Shown: one piece after another, positions 36,971-50,462 of the stretch
How positions within the stretch are numbered: the stretch's first letter is position 1
Layout: every line of letters starts with the position of its first letter
Source of the DNA: Octopus sinensis
Lineage: Eukaryota
Length of the DNA: 64,000 nucleotides
Reading direction: 5' to 3'
Assembly: GCF_006345805.1 (NCBI RefSeq)
Contig: NC_043012.1
Location: forward strand, 27,466,001-27,530,000
The notes under the pieces: model-generated
What the model was told of the DNA's origin: nothing
What the model saw: only the letters and a program-made list of their open reading frames with translations
Database searches by the model: none
Program-made: the position numbers and the translations under genes

Positions 36971-37076
36971 GACCTGAGGAGTGACTATACTATTAAATTG
37001 AATTGTTTTTGGATCAATTAATTTAAAATTTAATTGTAATTCGAATTGAAGTTATAGCCACGAAACGTACATAGTC
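36971..37076 (+). ncRNA. Type I minimal hammerhead ribozyme, mirror copy with a stem III mismatch
   Basis: GAC-CTGAGGA-GTGACTATA...63 nt...TATAGCCAC-GAAA-CGTACA-TA-GTC; A37071 replaces the G that should pair with C37066. Confidence 0.65.
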
Positions 37077-37779
37077 TTTTTACTGATTATATACTGTTTA
37101 TTATTATGTATTTTTGTGATCTAGATAAATGTTTTATCATATATTTCATTTTTTTTCTATATGATATGTTTTATGTCTATCATTGTTTGAATTACATAAT
37201 AGTAGTTTTTCTGTAATTTATATATATCATATATCTATATTGTGAATTTTGATTTAATACTAAATTGAATTTTTCCCTGTAAGTTTGGAGTTATACTACC
37301 TAATATTATATAATAGATATATATATATACACGAGCAGAATGCCCCTGTTCAATGGACGGTGCTGAGTTGTCAAACATTTAAACCAAATTTCCTCAAAAC
37401 AACTTGTCCGACTGTACCATAGACCTCCCCTTTGAGAAACACTGATTTAACCTAAGTATGAGACACCAGCAAAAGAAGAAATAAAAATAGACTTTTTTCT
37501 ATTCCAAAGAAAAACGATTTTATTCACACAAATATGCAACCGAAGAGTTTAAAGTACCACTAAGTACATCACAACAGCTGATGTACTTGCGCGTACAAAT
37601 GCACGTTCCCACGGCTTTATCGATCACATTCTCACCTGGAAACGAGTTTTGTAATTTGTTCAAGACTTATACACACCCTGATAACATTGGTATCTACATA
37701 TCAAAGTTGAACACAAACAGATGGAGGATGCCCAAGATCCTAGAAGACACACACACAGATAGACAGGATTTTATATAAT

Positions 37780-37787
37780 AGATATAG

Positions 37788-37824
<37 letters not shown>

Positions 37825-38547
37825 CACACATACACACATGTACATGCATATATACATAATATATACATACATGTATATACAAATATGCATATCATATACG
37901 CATACATATATATATATATACAAATATACATACGCATACATATATACATATATACATATATATATACGCATACATATATATATATACATATATATATACA
38001 AATATACATATCATATACACATATATATATACGCATACATATATACATATATACATATATATATACGCATACATATATATACATACATATATATATACAA
38101 ATATACATATCATATACGCATACATATATATATATACATATATATATACGCATACATATATATATATATACATATATATATACGCATACATATATATATA
38201 TATACATATATATATACGCATACATATATATATATATATACATATATATATACGCATACATATATATATATATATACGCATACATATATAGATATATATA
38301 CATATATATATACGCATACATATATATATATATACATATATATATACGCATACATATATATATATATATACGCATACATATATAGATATATATATACATA
38401 TATATATACGCATACATATATATATATATATACATATATATACGCATACATATATATATATATACATATATATATACGCATACACATATATATATATATA
38501 TACATATATATATACGCATACATATATATATATATACATATATATAT

Positions 38548-38581
<34 letters not shown>

Positions 38582-38674
38582 AATATACATATACGTATAT
38601 ATATATATATATATATATATACAAATATACATATACATATATAGATATATATATATATATATATCTACACATAC

Positions 38675-38705
<31 letters not shown>

Positions 38706-38763
38706 CAATATATATATATATACATATATATATACAAATATATATATATATACATATATATAT

Positions 38764-38831
<68 letters not shown>

Positions 38832-38833
38832 AA

Positions 38834-38882
<49 letters not shown>

Positions 38883-38946
38883 AATATACATATACATATA
38901 TATATATATATATATACAAATATACATATACATATATACATATATA

Positions 38947-38977
<31 letters not shown>

Positions 38978-38979
38978 AT

Positions 38980-39036
<57 letters not shown>

Positions 39037-39067
39037 AATATACATATATACATATATATATATACAA

Positions 39068-39106
<39 letters not shown>

Positions 39107-39126
39107 ATACATATACATATATACAA

Positions 39127-39169
<43 letters not shown>

Positions 39170-39190
39170 AATATACATATACAATATACG

Positions 39191-39218
<28 letters not shown>
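37780..39218. repeat. About 1.4-kb complex (TA)n-based satellite with TACGCA and TACAAA variant units
   Basis: Directly visible; source of the I/Y-rich spurious ORFs. Confidence 0.95.
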
Positions 39219-39221
<3 letters not shown>

Positions 39222-42200
39222 ATTGATTTGATTGATGATTGATTGATTCCAGTTTCAGCTCATGAGCTGTGGCCATGCTGGGGCACCGCCATTTGGTGTT
39301 GCTACTTGGTTTCACTTCATGGAGGCTTTCTAGCAACTGCTATTTGGTGCATGAGAGAGTTCGATGCAGCTGCCCTCATCTGCCCCTCCTGCCGTGAAGT
39401 TGGTTCATCTGGGACACCTGACAGGAAGAGATCCAGCTCCATTTTAAAGACATCTGCATCCACCCCATGCAGGTCTCTCAGGTTCATCGGGAGGATATTG
39501 AAGAGCTGTGGGCCTCGGAAGCCTAGGCTATCACAGAATCTTGTCCTACATCTTGATGGCAAGTTTGGAGTCCTAGGCACCACGCAGTGGCGCCCAGTTC
39601 TGGCGTTTGCGTAACTCTCGATGCCAAAGTTCAGGACGCTTCCCTCCAGGATCTTCCAGATGTATATTATGGCATATCTTTCCCGCCTACGCTCCAGGGA
39701 ATATAATTTTAATCTCTTGAGTCTTTCCCAGTAGCTTACATTCTGCATAGAGGCTATCTTCTTCGTGTAGCTTCGTTGGATCGCCTCAAGTTCTGTGATC
39801 AACTTGACACTGGATGGTGACCATAGCTGAGAGCAATAGTCAAAGTGACTTAGGACAAGTGTCTTCCAGAGGACCATCATGGTTTCCTGTTCTCTTGTTC
39901 TAAAGGTTCTAAGAATCCATCCAGCCAGGCGTCTGCATTTCACTGTCAGTTTAGCAACATGTACATGAAAGGTCGCGTCATCACTCATGTGAATACCCAG
40001 GTCACGCACTGATTGTGCCTCTGGGATTGCAATCCCTCCGGGTCCAGTGTATTCCTTGGGTATTGCATTCAGTTTTGCATGCTGATAGTATAAAGCTTGA
40101 AACTTTTCAGCATTGAACTGCATGCTATTCTTTTCAGCCCACTTGTAAATTTCGTCCAGCTCATATTGCAGGTGCCTAGTGTCTTCAGGGTTCTGTATTA
40201 CCTGTGAAACTTTTGTATCATCTGCATAACTTGTGATCGTGGCTCTCCGCGTGGCTGAGGGCATGTCTGAGAGGGCCATTATGAACAGTAGTGGTCCCAA
40301 AACAGTGCCCTGTGGAACACCGCTCACTATTTGCGTGCTAATGGAAGTGGCCCCATTGGCTACTACCACCTGACTTCTATTTTTCAGAAAGTCGTGAAGC
40401 CATTCTCCTAGTTTTCCAACTATGCCAAGATCACGCAGTTTGTGACATATCATTCCATGATCGACTTTATCGAAGGCCTTTGCGAAGTCGAGATATATGA
40501 CTTCCACATTTGAGTGGTTGAGCAGTTGTTTCAGCACCCAGTCATAGTGCTGCAGGAGCTGAGTTAAGCAGCTTCTTCCTGGTCGGAAACCATGTTGGGT
40601 GTCAGGCAGCAAGTCATTTTCTTCAAGGAAGGTGATTAGTTTCCTTCTGACTATTCGTTCCATGACCTTGCTGATGTGTGAGGTCAGAGAGATAGGTCTG
40701 TAGTTCTTGGCTTCCGCTCTGCTACCTCCTTTATGAATAGGGCATATTTTACCTTCCTTCAGTTTTCTTGGAAGTTTGCCAGCTGCAAGGAAGCTCTGAA
40801 AGAGGAACTGCAGTGGTCTTGCTAAGACTCTCTTACATACTTTTAAGAGGATTGCCGGGAATCCATCGGGGCCAATAGCTGAGTCTATTTTCATTTCATC
40901 TATAGCCTTTATTACATCATCTTCCTTTATATCGATGTAATTTAACGTCGCCGCCTCTGATTCTATATCTGCAGTGGTAAAAAAGTCAGTTGGATTGCTG
41001 ATTTGGAAAAGCCCAAGGGGTGGAGTGAAAACACTCTTGAATTGTTCATTCAGTATTTCACTTACCCTCATTGGTTTTCCTGTGAGTGTGCCTATCCTAC
41101 AGTGCACCGTAGCTGTTTCTTTGGCATACCTGTAGAAAGCTCTGGGGTTAGTTTTTATGTTGTCTATAGCCCAGGCTTCTTTGTCTGCTCTTTCCTTCTC
41201 ATGGGAGAGTTGCAGACAATTTTCAATTTCCAACAGTTTTATTTTCAGGCGGGACTTTTCACTGCTTTCAATTTGTTTGTTTAGGCGATTTGAGATTTTT
41301 GTGCGCCGTCTCATTAAAATTTTCCTCTCTGGGGATTTTGTTCTTGTGTACAGTGGCCTTTCTCTCTGGGACACATTTGTAGCATATGGCTTGCATTACA
41401 GACATGAATTGTTGAAGTATCATGTCGATGTCCGGCGAGGAGAGACATTCAGGCCAGTTTTGTTTGAGGATCTCTTTCTCAATTTGTTTCCAGTTTGCCT
41501 TATTGAAGTTCAAGCTGAAAGACTCTGAGGGTTTCTTGTAGGCTGCATGTCCGTGCTCTCTTTTGGCCCGTACATGGTCAGCTCTACCATGTTGTGATCC
41601 GAGAGTAGTGTCGGTGTCACTTTCACATTATGGATGAGATCCATATTATTTGTGAAACAGAGATCCAGTGTGTTACCCGCTCTGGTTGGTTGGAGTATTA
41701 CTTGCTCCATGTACAGGGTGTTGGTGAGGTTCAGGAGGGACCTCGCCTGTCCTCGTTCACATCTTGTCATTCCTGGGAGAGAAAGGCCCTCGGGCCATCT
41801 GACATTCGGTAGATTGAAGTCTCCCATGAGAAGTACACTTATGTGTTGTTCTAATGTGGTTAGAACTTCTTCTATTTTTAAAAGGCAGTCCTCAAACTTG
41901 CCCATATGACTTGGGGCATCTGGAGGGCGATATGTAGCACACACAACTACATCAAGTTGCCTTATGTGTACAATTAGTGTGTCACACACCGAGTTTGAGT
42001 ATGACAAAAGGACCTGGGGTGTGAGGTCCCCACGGATGTACATAGCAACTCATCCATGACTTCTTTCTTTCCTGTCGGTCCGTAGTACAACATACTGTGG
42101 TATGTGTAATTCCGCATCTGCTATGTCCGGTTTCAGATGCGTTTCTGTGAGTGCTATGCATAAGGCTTGATTGCATGCGACAAAGTCTCTCAGGAACGGG

Positions 42201-42340
42201 ACTTTTGTCCTGTTACTGTGTGTTAGTAGTCCTCTGATGTTCAGTAGGAGCATCGAGGTGAGGTGTATGCTGTTGCCGGTGGTGTCCACCCTGGGTCCAT
42301 CTGCTGTGGCGGTCTTGTGAACTGTGGGCAGTTCCATCAA
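39219..42340 (-). mobile_element. CR1-group LINE, near-complete ORF2 (APE endonuclease plus RT) with (AATC)n tail
   Basis: LLNIRGL, LTETHL, YRPP, GDFN, TLDLCF and SDHN (APE); QHGFRPGRS, DFAKAFDKV, GVPQGTVLGP and YADD (RT). One in-frame stop near 42050 and two compensating frameshifts near 41510 and 41320. Tail at 39219-39248. Confidence 0.95.
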
Positions 42341-42831
42341 TATTATAATATAGTATATATTAGTATATTATATATGTATATATATATGTATATAGATAGA
42401 GTATATATATATATGGTATATATATATGTATATAATATATGGATATATATATGTGGATATAGATAGATGTATATAGAGAGGGTAGATATAGAGGTATATA
42501 TATATATAGGTGTATATATATAGGTATATATATATATGTATATATATATGTAGGATAATATGTATATATATATAGGTATATATATAGAGTTATATATATA
42601 TTGTATATATATATGGATATATATATGGATATATATTATGATATATGGGTATATGATATATATGTATATATATATATGTATATATATATAGATTATATAT
42701 ATATATATATACATATATATATAATATATATTATATATATACATATATATATATGTTGTATATAGTATATATGGAGATATATCTATTATATATGTATATA
42801 TATATATATAATATATATCATATATATATAC

Positions 42832-42863
<32 letters not shown>

Positions 42864-43193
42864 CTATATATATATATAGATATATATATACAAGATATAT
42901 ATATATAGATAGATTATATATGTTATAAGATATATATATATCTAATATATATATATATAGATCTATATATATATAATAGATATATTATACATATATATAT
43001 ATTAATATAGATATATATATATATATATATATAGTATATGTATATATATAGGTATATATATATATATATATATACTATACATATAATATATACATATAGA
43101 TATATATATACATATAGGTATATGTATTATATATATATGGATATATTATAATATAATATAATATAACATATATATATATATAATATACTATAC

Positions 43194-43228
<35 letters not shown>

Positions 43229-43239
43229 ATATACATATA

Positions 43240-43272
<33 letters not shown>

Positions 43273-43308
43273 CATATATATAGATATATAACATATATAT
43301 ATATACAT

Positions 43309-43344
<36 letters not shown>

Positions 43345-43583
43345 ACAATATAATATATATAATATACATATATATATATATATATATACATATATTATTA
43401 CACTATATATATATTATATATATTACATATATATATTATAATATATATTATAGATATTATATATATATATTATACATATAATATATATACATATATATAT
43501 ACATTATATATATATTACATTATATATATACATATATATATATATACATATATGATAATATTATACAATATATATATATATGT

Positions 43584-43676
<93 letters not shown>

Positions 43677-43718
43677 AATGTATACATAATATATATATAT
43701 ATATATGTATATGTATAT
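42341..43718. repeat. About 1.4-kb irregular (TA)n field
   Basis: Directly visible. Confidence 0.95.
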
Positions 43719-43752
43719 ATAGGTAGTTAGACACTCGAACAGATGGATCATA

Positions 43753-43795
<43 letters not shown>

Positions 43796-43854
43796 CTATA
43801 TAAATATATCTGAATATAGATATGATCCATCTGTTCGAGTGTCTAACTACCTAT
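43719..43854. repeat. Perfect 42-bp inverted repeat around a (TA)n spacer
   Basis: ataggtagttagacactcgaacagatggatcatatctatatt (43719-43760) and its reverse complement (43813-43854). Confidence 0.92.
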
Positions 43855-44254
43855 GTATGTTGTATGCACATATATACATACACACAGACTATATACTGCA
43901 TTGTGTTTATGTGTTGATGTGTGTATTTCTGCATTTATCTGCTTTTCACTTGTATACTGTACACACACACACACAAATTAATATATATATATATATATAT
44001 GCATATCTGCGCAAACTCATTCACCCTTCTCTCTCTCTCACACACACACACAGACAAGCGCCAATTATATTCATATGTATATTTAACAACGAACGGACAA
44101 ACACTCGAACAATATGTTCGCAAGACAAAACAAATGGCGCTGCACACAGTACAGACATGCACACACTCATTCACTTACACACACGCATATATTCACACAA
44201 ATTTGCACACTCACACACACAAACGTACATTCATACATACAAACATATATCTAT

Positions 44255-44262
44255 CTATCTAT

Positions 44263-44345
<83 letters not shown>
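44255..44345. repeat. (GATA)n microsatellite
   Basis: Directly visible. Confidence 0.95.
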
Positions 44346-45209
44346 TAGATGTATATATATACATATAGATATATATAGATATATATATCTATATGTATGT
44401 GTATATGTATGCATACGTACACATCTTTTTCTGTGTCCTGATGTTTTCTACTTGAAGTGTGTATATATATATATTGTATGTATATATATATATATATATA
44501 GTGTGTGTGTGTGTTGTGTGTGTGTGTATGTGGTGTGTGTGTGTGTGTGTGTAGGTATGTATGTATATATGTGTTCTGTATGCAGTAACTCCCCTATTGT
44601 CATAATATATGCATACATACATACATATGTGTATGTGCGTGTATATACATAAAGAGGAACTTACACGTCGCATACACCCATTCCTTCGCCACACTCAAAC
44701 GTACATATTTATTCGTTTCAAAGTTCTGTCTTTATCTAAGCACACATATACGTGCGTGCGTATGCCCGTGCGTATGTATATACATTATATATACATACAC
44801 ATATACATTCGTTTGATTGTGGTACATTCATACAACAATCTTGTAATTCTAGAATTGGTATCTAAACTATGATGTAAAGTATTTTTTTAGTATGTTTTTT
44901 TAATAATATATTTGTGTCGTTTATCATTTTTCCCGATGCCATTAGAGAATTTTACACTTTCCAATTATACCATATTGCTTGAAATTACAAAGAAATGTCT
45001 GCTGTAATATACAACAGGACAATTAATTTGTATATAGAATTATTCACAATTATATGTTCTGTGTAGCCAAGAAGCATTAGTGTGTGCCGGATACTACGAG
45101 GTCAGCCAAGTTCAGAGGTGACTTGACAGTGATTTGAACTTCATTATAAAAAAACTCTTTATTGAATTGTATACGATTTCTATTTTACCATACTTTGTTC
45201 TATGATGCA

Positions 45210-46130
45210 CCTGGACACATCAGTGAGGTTTGCTGGGTCATTAGTTGTTTTGGGTCCTTCAAACTCAGAGACCCTCACCCGGTGACCCGGCCGGGGTTGT
45301 TCAAACCCTGGCATGTAGCCCGTTAGTAATACTCTTGGTAACACTACGCCTAGTAAGCTCTACGCCATCCAGGTTTCGCATCTCCTGATCCCCCTTAAAG
45401 CAACCTCTGCTACCTCCATAGCTCCCGTGATGCCACACATGCTGTAAGCTCCGCTCACTGACGGGCTTCCCAAACCACTGTACTGGACCTTGATTGTATC
45501 ACAGTTTGCTGGTCACCCATTACTTTGGTATACGAGGAGATGCTGAAAAGTTCCTTCCTTTAAGTGTGTCACGAAAGGACTGATTTGAGGCCAAGCCTTC
45601 CTTGTTCTTTTACAGGTCTTAGAAAATCTGAAGGACTGCTGCAATAAGTGTGTGAATCTGAGAGGGGAATATGATGAATAAAATCATAATTAACTGATCT
45701 TCCTGTATTTTCTTTTACCAAAAGCCAGGAATCTTTCAACACCCCTTCGTAATTCCACTGACTCAACATATATTCTCCTCTTACTCTCGTTTGCCTCCTT
45801 GATGCGGTTATCCCTGGGAACAGAAAGTTCTAATAGAACCATCTGCTTCTAAGTCTCTGAGATCAGCTCCACACCCGGCCTCAGTGATCCTAAGGCAACT
45901 ACTTTTGAGAACTCCAGTGACTCACTGTCTTTCGCTGGTTCTTCCTGTACATAAAAATCTTCCTAAATATACTTCTCATTCATATAATTTGGTTCTGTAG
46001 ATGAAGAGGTGAGATTTCAGCAACCGCCTATATTTTGACCATTCGGCATTACTTCACTTCTTATGCATCCCAGTCACATTTCACAACAATTTTCACTGGG
46101 TTCTCCATCTTGAAATATTCCTTGTTGATG
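45210..46130 (-). mobile_element. Decayed 3' end of a HERO-like non-LTR element (RLE domain and 3' UTR)
   Basis: SLRPGVELISET*KQMVLLELSVPRDNRIKEANE matches the RPD...ELTVPW restriction-like endonuclease motif. The downstream aaccccggccgggtcaccgggtgagggt...gacccag...cactgatgtgtcc resembles recalled HERO 3' UTRs. Split by a MITE. Confidence 0.65.
45533..45749. mobile_element. 217-bp mariner-derived MITE with TA TSD
   Basis: TA|CGAGGAGATGCTGAAAAGTTCC ... GGAATCTTTCAACACCCCTTCG|TA; imperfect TIRs similar to the mariner end at 910. Confidence 0.85.
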
Positions 46131-46151
46131 AATTAATATCCAGTATTATAC

Positions 46152-46520
46152 GGCGGCGAGCTGGTAGAATCGGTAGCACGCCGGTATTTCGATGCCGCTA
46201 CGTTCTGAGTTCAAATTCCGCCGAGGTCGACTTTGCTTTCATCCTTTCAGAGTCGATTAAATAAATACCAGTTACGCACTGGGATCGATATAATCGACTT
46301 AATCCGTTTGTCTGTCCTTGTTTGTCCCTTCTGTGTTTAGCCCCTTGTGGGTAGTAAAGAAATAGGTATTTCGTCTGCCGTTGCGTTCTGAATTCAAATT
46401 CCGCCGAGGTCGACTTTACATTTCATCCTTTCGGGGACAATTAAATTAAGTACCAGTTGCGTAATCGACTGGACTCCTCCCCCAAAATTTCGGTCCTTGT
46501 GCCTAGAGTAGTAAAGAATA
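46152..46520 (+). mobile_element. tRNA-derived SINE with a duplicated central domain
   Basis: Head ggcggcgagctggtagaatcggtagc. The block gttcaaattccgccgaggtcgacttt..tttcatcctttc occurs twice and resembles the recalled Meta/MESC SINE domain. Confidence 0.75.
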
Positions 46521-47210
46521 TCCAGTATTATGTTATCTGTGTACTTGTGCGTGCATGTGTGTGTGCATTTGTATGTTTGCGCGTTAATGTGCGCAGAGGT
46601 GTGTGCGCGTATGTGTGGGTGTATTTTACAACAAATGAAAAGTTCTTAATATCTATTTCCAATAAGCTATTTCCTTCAAAGAAGCGCTTGCGTTTTTAAA
46701 GCCATTTTATCCCGCATGACTTTATTGACACGACTTACTTAAGATTTCTTTTTTTTACTTCAATTTCATAACATCATCTTTATTTTCATTTCATATTTTC
46801 TAATTATTTTCGTTTTTTTTTACATTTTATTCAAATCAAACCCTCTCTTTCCACCTTCCTAGATATAAAAGCCGTTTCTTCGCCCCCACCACACCACCAC
46901 AACTTTTATATAATATCTCTTCTCAATATTTACCTTCCTTTCATTAAGCCTCGTTGTTCTTTGAGGAAGATAGTTTCCAGTTTCCCTTGATGTTACCATG
47001 GATACTGAAAACATCAGATTGCTATGCCTCACGCTGGATTTCCGTTGATCTGTGTTTATTAATTTTCGTGTGGCTTTTCCGTCAATTTTTTGTTATTTCT
47101 AATATATTTTCATCGATATTTATTCCAGCTAATCTCTAATCATATACATATATCCTTCTATATTTACTATATCTGTGGAAATGTTAGCTTGAGGTTATAA
47201 GCTTGTTGTG

Positions 47211-47310
47211 NNNNNNNNNNNNNNNNNNNNNNNNNNNNNNNNNNNNNNNNNNNNNNNNNNNNNNNNNNNNNNNNNNNNNNNNNNNNNNNNNNNNNNNNNN
47301 NNNNNNNNNN
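47211..47310. other. Assembly gap (100 N)
   Basis: Run of 100 N; the true size is unknown. Confidence 1.
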
Positions 47311-49985
47311 CCCCAAAACGGAGGTACGCAGATGTGTTGCGTGCCCCAAACCGCCAACATGTTATTGAAGGGCAGCTGCTGAACAAGAATCATTTTTGTG
47401 CATGGCACAAAGATTGTACAGCAGCTAACCTGGCTCCATCAAACTCAAACTCGCAGATAGGACTATACCACACAGACCGCCACACAGCAAAGACCAAGGT
47501 GGATACCACCAGGCAACAGCATACACCTCACCTCGATGCTCCTACTGAACATCAGAGGACTGCAAACACTCAGTAACAGGACAAAACCCCGTTCTTGAGA
47601 GACTTTGTTGCATGCAATCAAGCCTTATGCATAGCACTTACGGAAACACACTGAAACTGGACATAGCAGATGCGAAATACACATACCACAGTATGTTGTA
47701 CTATGATCGACAGAAAAGAAAGGAGTCATGGAGAGTTGCTATGTACATCCGTGAGGACCTCACACCCACCCCAGGTCCTTTGTCATACTCAAATTCGGTG
47801 TGTCCACACAATTGTACATATAAGGCAACTTGGTGTAGTTATATGTGGCTACATATCGCCCTCCAGATGCCCAAGCCATGTAGGCAAGTTTGAAGACTGC
47901 CTTATAAAAATAGAAGAAGTTCTAATCACATTAGAACAACACATAAGTGTACTTCTTATAGGAGACTTAAATCTACCCAATGTCAGATGATCCGAGGGCC
48001 TTTCTCTCCCAGGAATGACACGATGTGAACGAGGACAGGCGAGGTCCCTCCTGAACCTCATCAACACTCTGTACATGGAGCAAGTAATACTCCAACCAGC
48101 CAGGGCAGGTAACATACTGGATCTCTGCTTCACAAATATGGATCTTATCCATAATGTGAAAGTGACACCGACACTACTCTCGGATCACAACATGGTAGAG
48201 CTGACCATGTACGGGCCAAAAGAAAGCATGGACATGCAGCCTACAAGAAACTCTCTGAATCTTTCCAGCTTGAACTTCCATAAGGCAAACTCGAAACAAA
48301 TTGAGAAAGAGATCCTCAAACAAAACTGGCCTGAATGTCTATCGTCACCAGACATTGAAATGAAGCTTCAACAATTCATGTCTGTAATGCAAGCCATATG
48401 CTACAAATGTGTCCCAGAGAGAAAGGCCACTGTACACAAGAACAAAATCCCCAGAGAGAGGAAAATTCTAATGAGACGGCGTACAAAAGTTTCAAATCGC
48501 CTAAACAAACAAATTGAAAGCAGTGAAAAGTCCCGCCTGAAAATAAAACTGTTGGAAATTGAAAAATGTCTGCAACTCTCCCATGAAAAGGAAAGAGCAG
48601 ACAAAGAAGCCTGGGCTATAGACAACATAAAATCTAACCTCAGAGCTTTCTACAGGTATGCCAAAGAAACAGCTACGGTGCACTGTAGGATAGGGCCACC
48701 CCTTGATGGGGATGGCACACTCACAGGAAATCCAATGAGGGTAAATGAAATACTAAATGAGTAATTCAAGAGTATTTTCATGCCACCCCTAGGGCATTTT
48801 CAAGTCAGCAATCCAACTGACTTCTTTACCACTGCAGATCTAAAATCGGAGGCAGCAATGATTGATTACATCAATATAAAGGAAGACGATGTAATAAAGG
48901 CTATTGATGAAATGAAAACAAACTCAGCTACTAGCCCAGATGGATTCCCAGCAATCCTTCTAAAAGTATGTAAGAGAGTCCTAGCAAGACCACTGCAGTC
49001 TCTCTTTCAGAGCTTCCTTGCAACTGGCAAACTTCCAATAAAACTGAAGGAAGGTAAAATATGCCCTATTCATAAAGGAGGTAGCAGAACGGAAGCCAAG
49101 AACTACAGACCTATCTCTCTGACCTCACACATCAGCAAGGTCATGGAACGAATAGTCAGAAGGAAACTGATCACCTTCCTCGAAGAAAATGACTTGCTGC
49201 CTGACACTCAACATGGTTTCCAACCAGGAAGAAGCTGCTTAACTCAGTCATATATCTCGACTTTGCAAAGGCCTTTGATAAAGTCGATCATGGAATGATA
49301 TGTCACAAACTGCGTGATCTTGGCATAGTTGGAAAATTGGGAGACTGGCTTCATGACTTTCTGAAGGATAGAAGTCAGGTGGTAGTAGCCAATGGGACCA
49401 CTTCCACTAACACGCAAATAGTGAGTGGTGTTCCGCAGGGCACTGTTTTGGGACCACTACTGTTCATAATGGCCCTCTCAGACACGCCCTCAGCCACGTA
49501 GAGTGCCACGATCACAAGTTCTGCAGATGATACAAAAGTTTCACAGGTAATACAGAACCCTGAAGACACTAAGCACCTACAATGTGAGCTGGACAAAATA
49601 TACAAGTGGGCTGAAAAGAATAGCATGCAGTTCAATGCTGAAAAGTTTCAAGCTCTATGCTATCAGCTTGCAAAACTAAATGCAATACCCAATAAATACA
49701 CTGGACCTGAAGGGATTGCAATCCCAGAGGCACAATCAGTGCGAGACCTGGGTATTTACATGAGTGATGATGCAACCTTTCTTGAGCATGTTGCAATATT
49801 GGCAATGAAATGTAGGCGGCTGAGCCAATGAATTCTTAGAAACTTTAGAACAAGAGACCAGGAAACCATGATGGTCCTCTGGAGGACAATTGTCCTAAGC
49901 CACTTTGACTATTGCTCTCAGCTATGGTCACCATCCAGTGTCACATTAATCACAGAACTTGAGGCGATCCAACGAAGCTACACAA
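47311..49985 (+). mobile_element. Second copy of the same CR1-group LINE, 3'-truncated, opposite orientation
   Basis: Aligns to the reverse complement of 39770-42340 at roughly 90-95% by eye. It has more stops, a ~56-bp deletion near 49249 and SADD in place of YADD. It runs into a microsatellite at 49985. Confidence 0.93.
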
Positions 49986-50330
49986 ATATACATATATATA
50001 TACATACACATATATACATATATATATACATACACATATATACATATATATATACATACACATATATACATATATATATACATATACATACATATATATA
50101 CATATATACATATATATAAATATACATATATGCATATATATAAATATACATATATGCATATATATAAATATACATATATATAAATATACATATATGCATA
50201 TATATAAATATACATATATGCATATATATATACATATATATATGCATATATATATACATATATGCATATATATATATATACATATATAATATATACATAG
50301 ATATATATATACACATATATGTACATATAA
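49986..50330. repeat. (TA)n/(TACA)n field
   Basis: Directly visible. Confidence 0.95.
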
Positions 50331-50458
50331 AGTCGATCATGGAATGATATGTCACAAACTGCATGATCTTGGAATAGTTGCAAAATTGGGAGAATGGCTT
50401 CATGACTTCCTCAAGGATAGTAGCCAGGTGGTAGTAGCCACTTCCATTAACATGCAAA
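50331..50458 (+). mobile_element. Short RT fragment of the same CR1 family
   Basis: aagtcgatcatggaatgatatgtcacaaactgc repeats 49281 onward with several substitutions. Confidence 0.8.
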
Positions 50459-50462
50459 ATTT

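Larger units (their letters stand above)
35634..37134. mobile_element. Probable truncated Penelope-like element with inverted pseudo-LTR pair
   Basis: Arms of ~214 bp (35634-35847 and ~36921-37134, ~90% identical) each carry a hammerhead motif. The interior is very AT-rich, with a ~190-bp direct repeat and weak GIY-YIG-like traces (IYKILLQGCGCN at about 36450). Confidence 0.6.

Noticed and set aside
35634-37320. Mitochondrial insertion (NUMT) or control region
   Set aside because: Very AT-rich, but I found no recognisable mitochondrial tRNA, rRNA or protein motifs. The inverted arms with hammerhead cores explain it better.
37740-39184. Long I/Y/C/M-rich ORFs (also at about 26100-26650, 42340-44700, 49950-50450 and 52900-57550)
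   Set aside because: These are translations of (TA)n, (TG)n and (TACA)n microsatellites, which lack stop codons.
34900-46130. The two HERO-like pieces being one element split by an inversion
   Set aside because: They overlap around the NLxRW motif with different sequence and very different levels of decay, so they are more likely separate copies.
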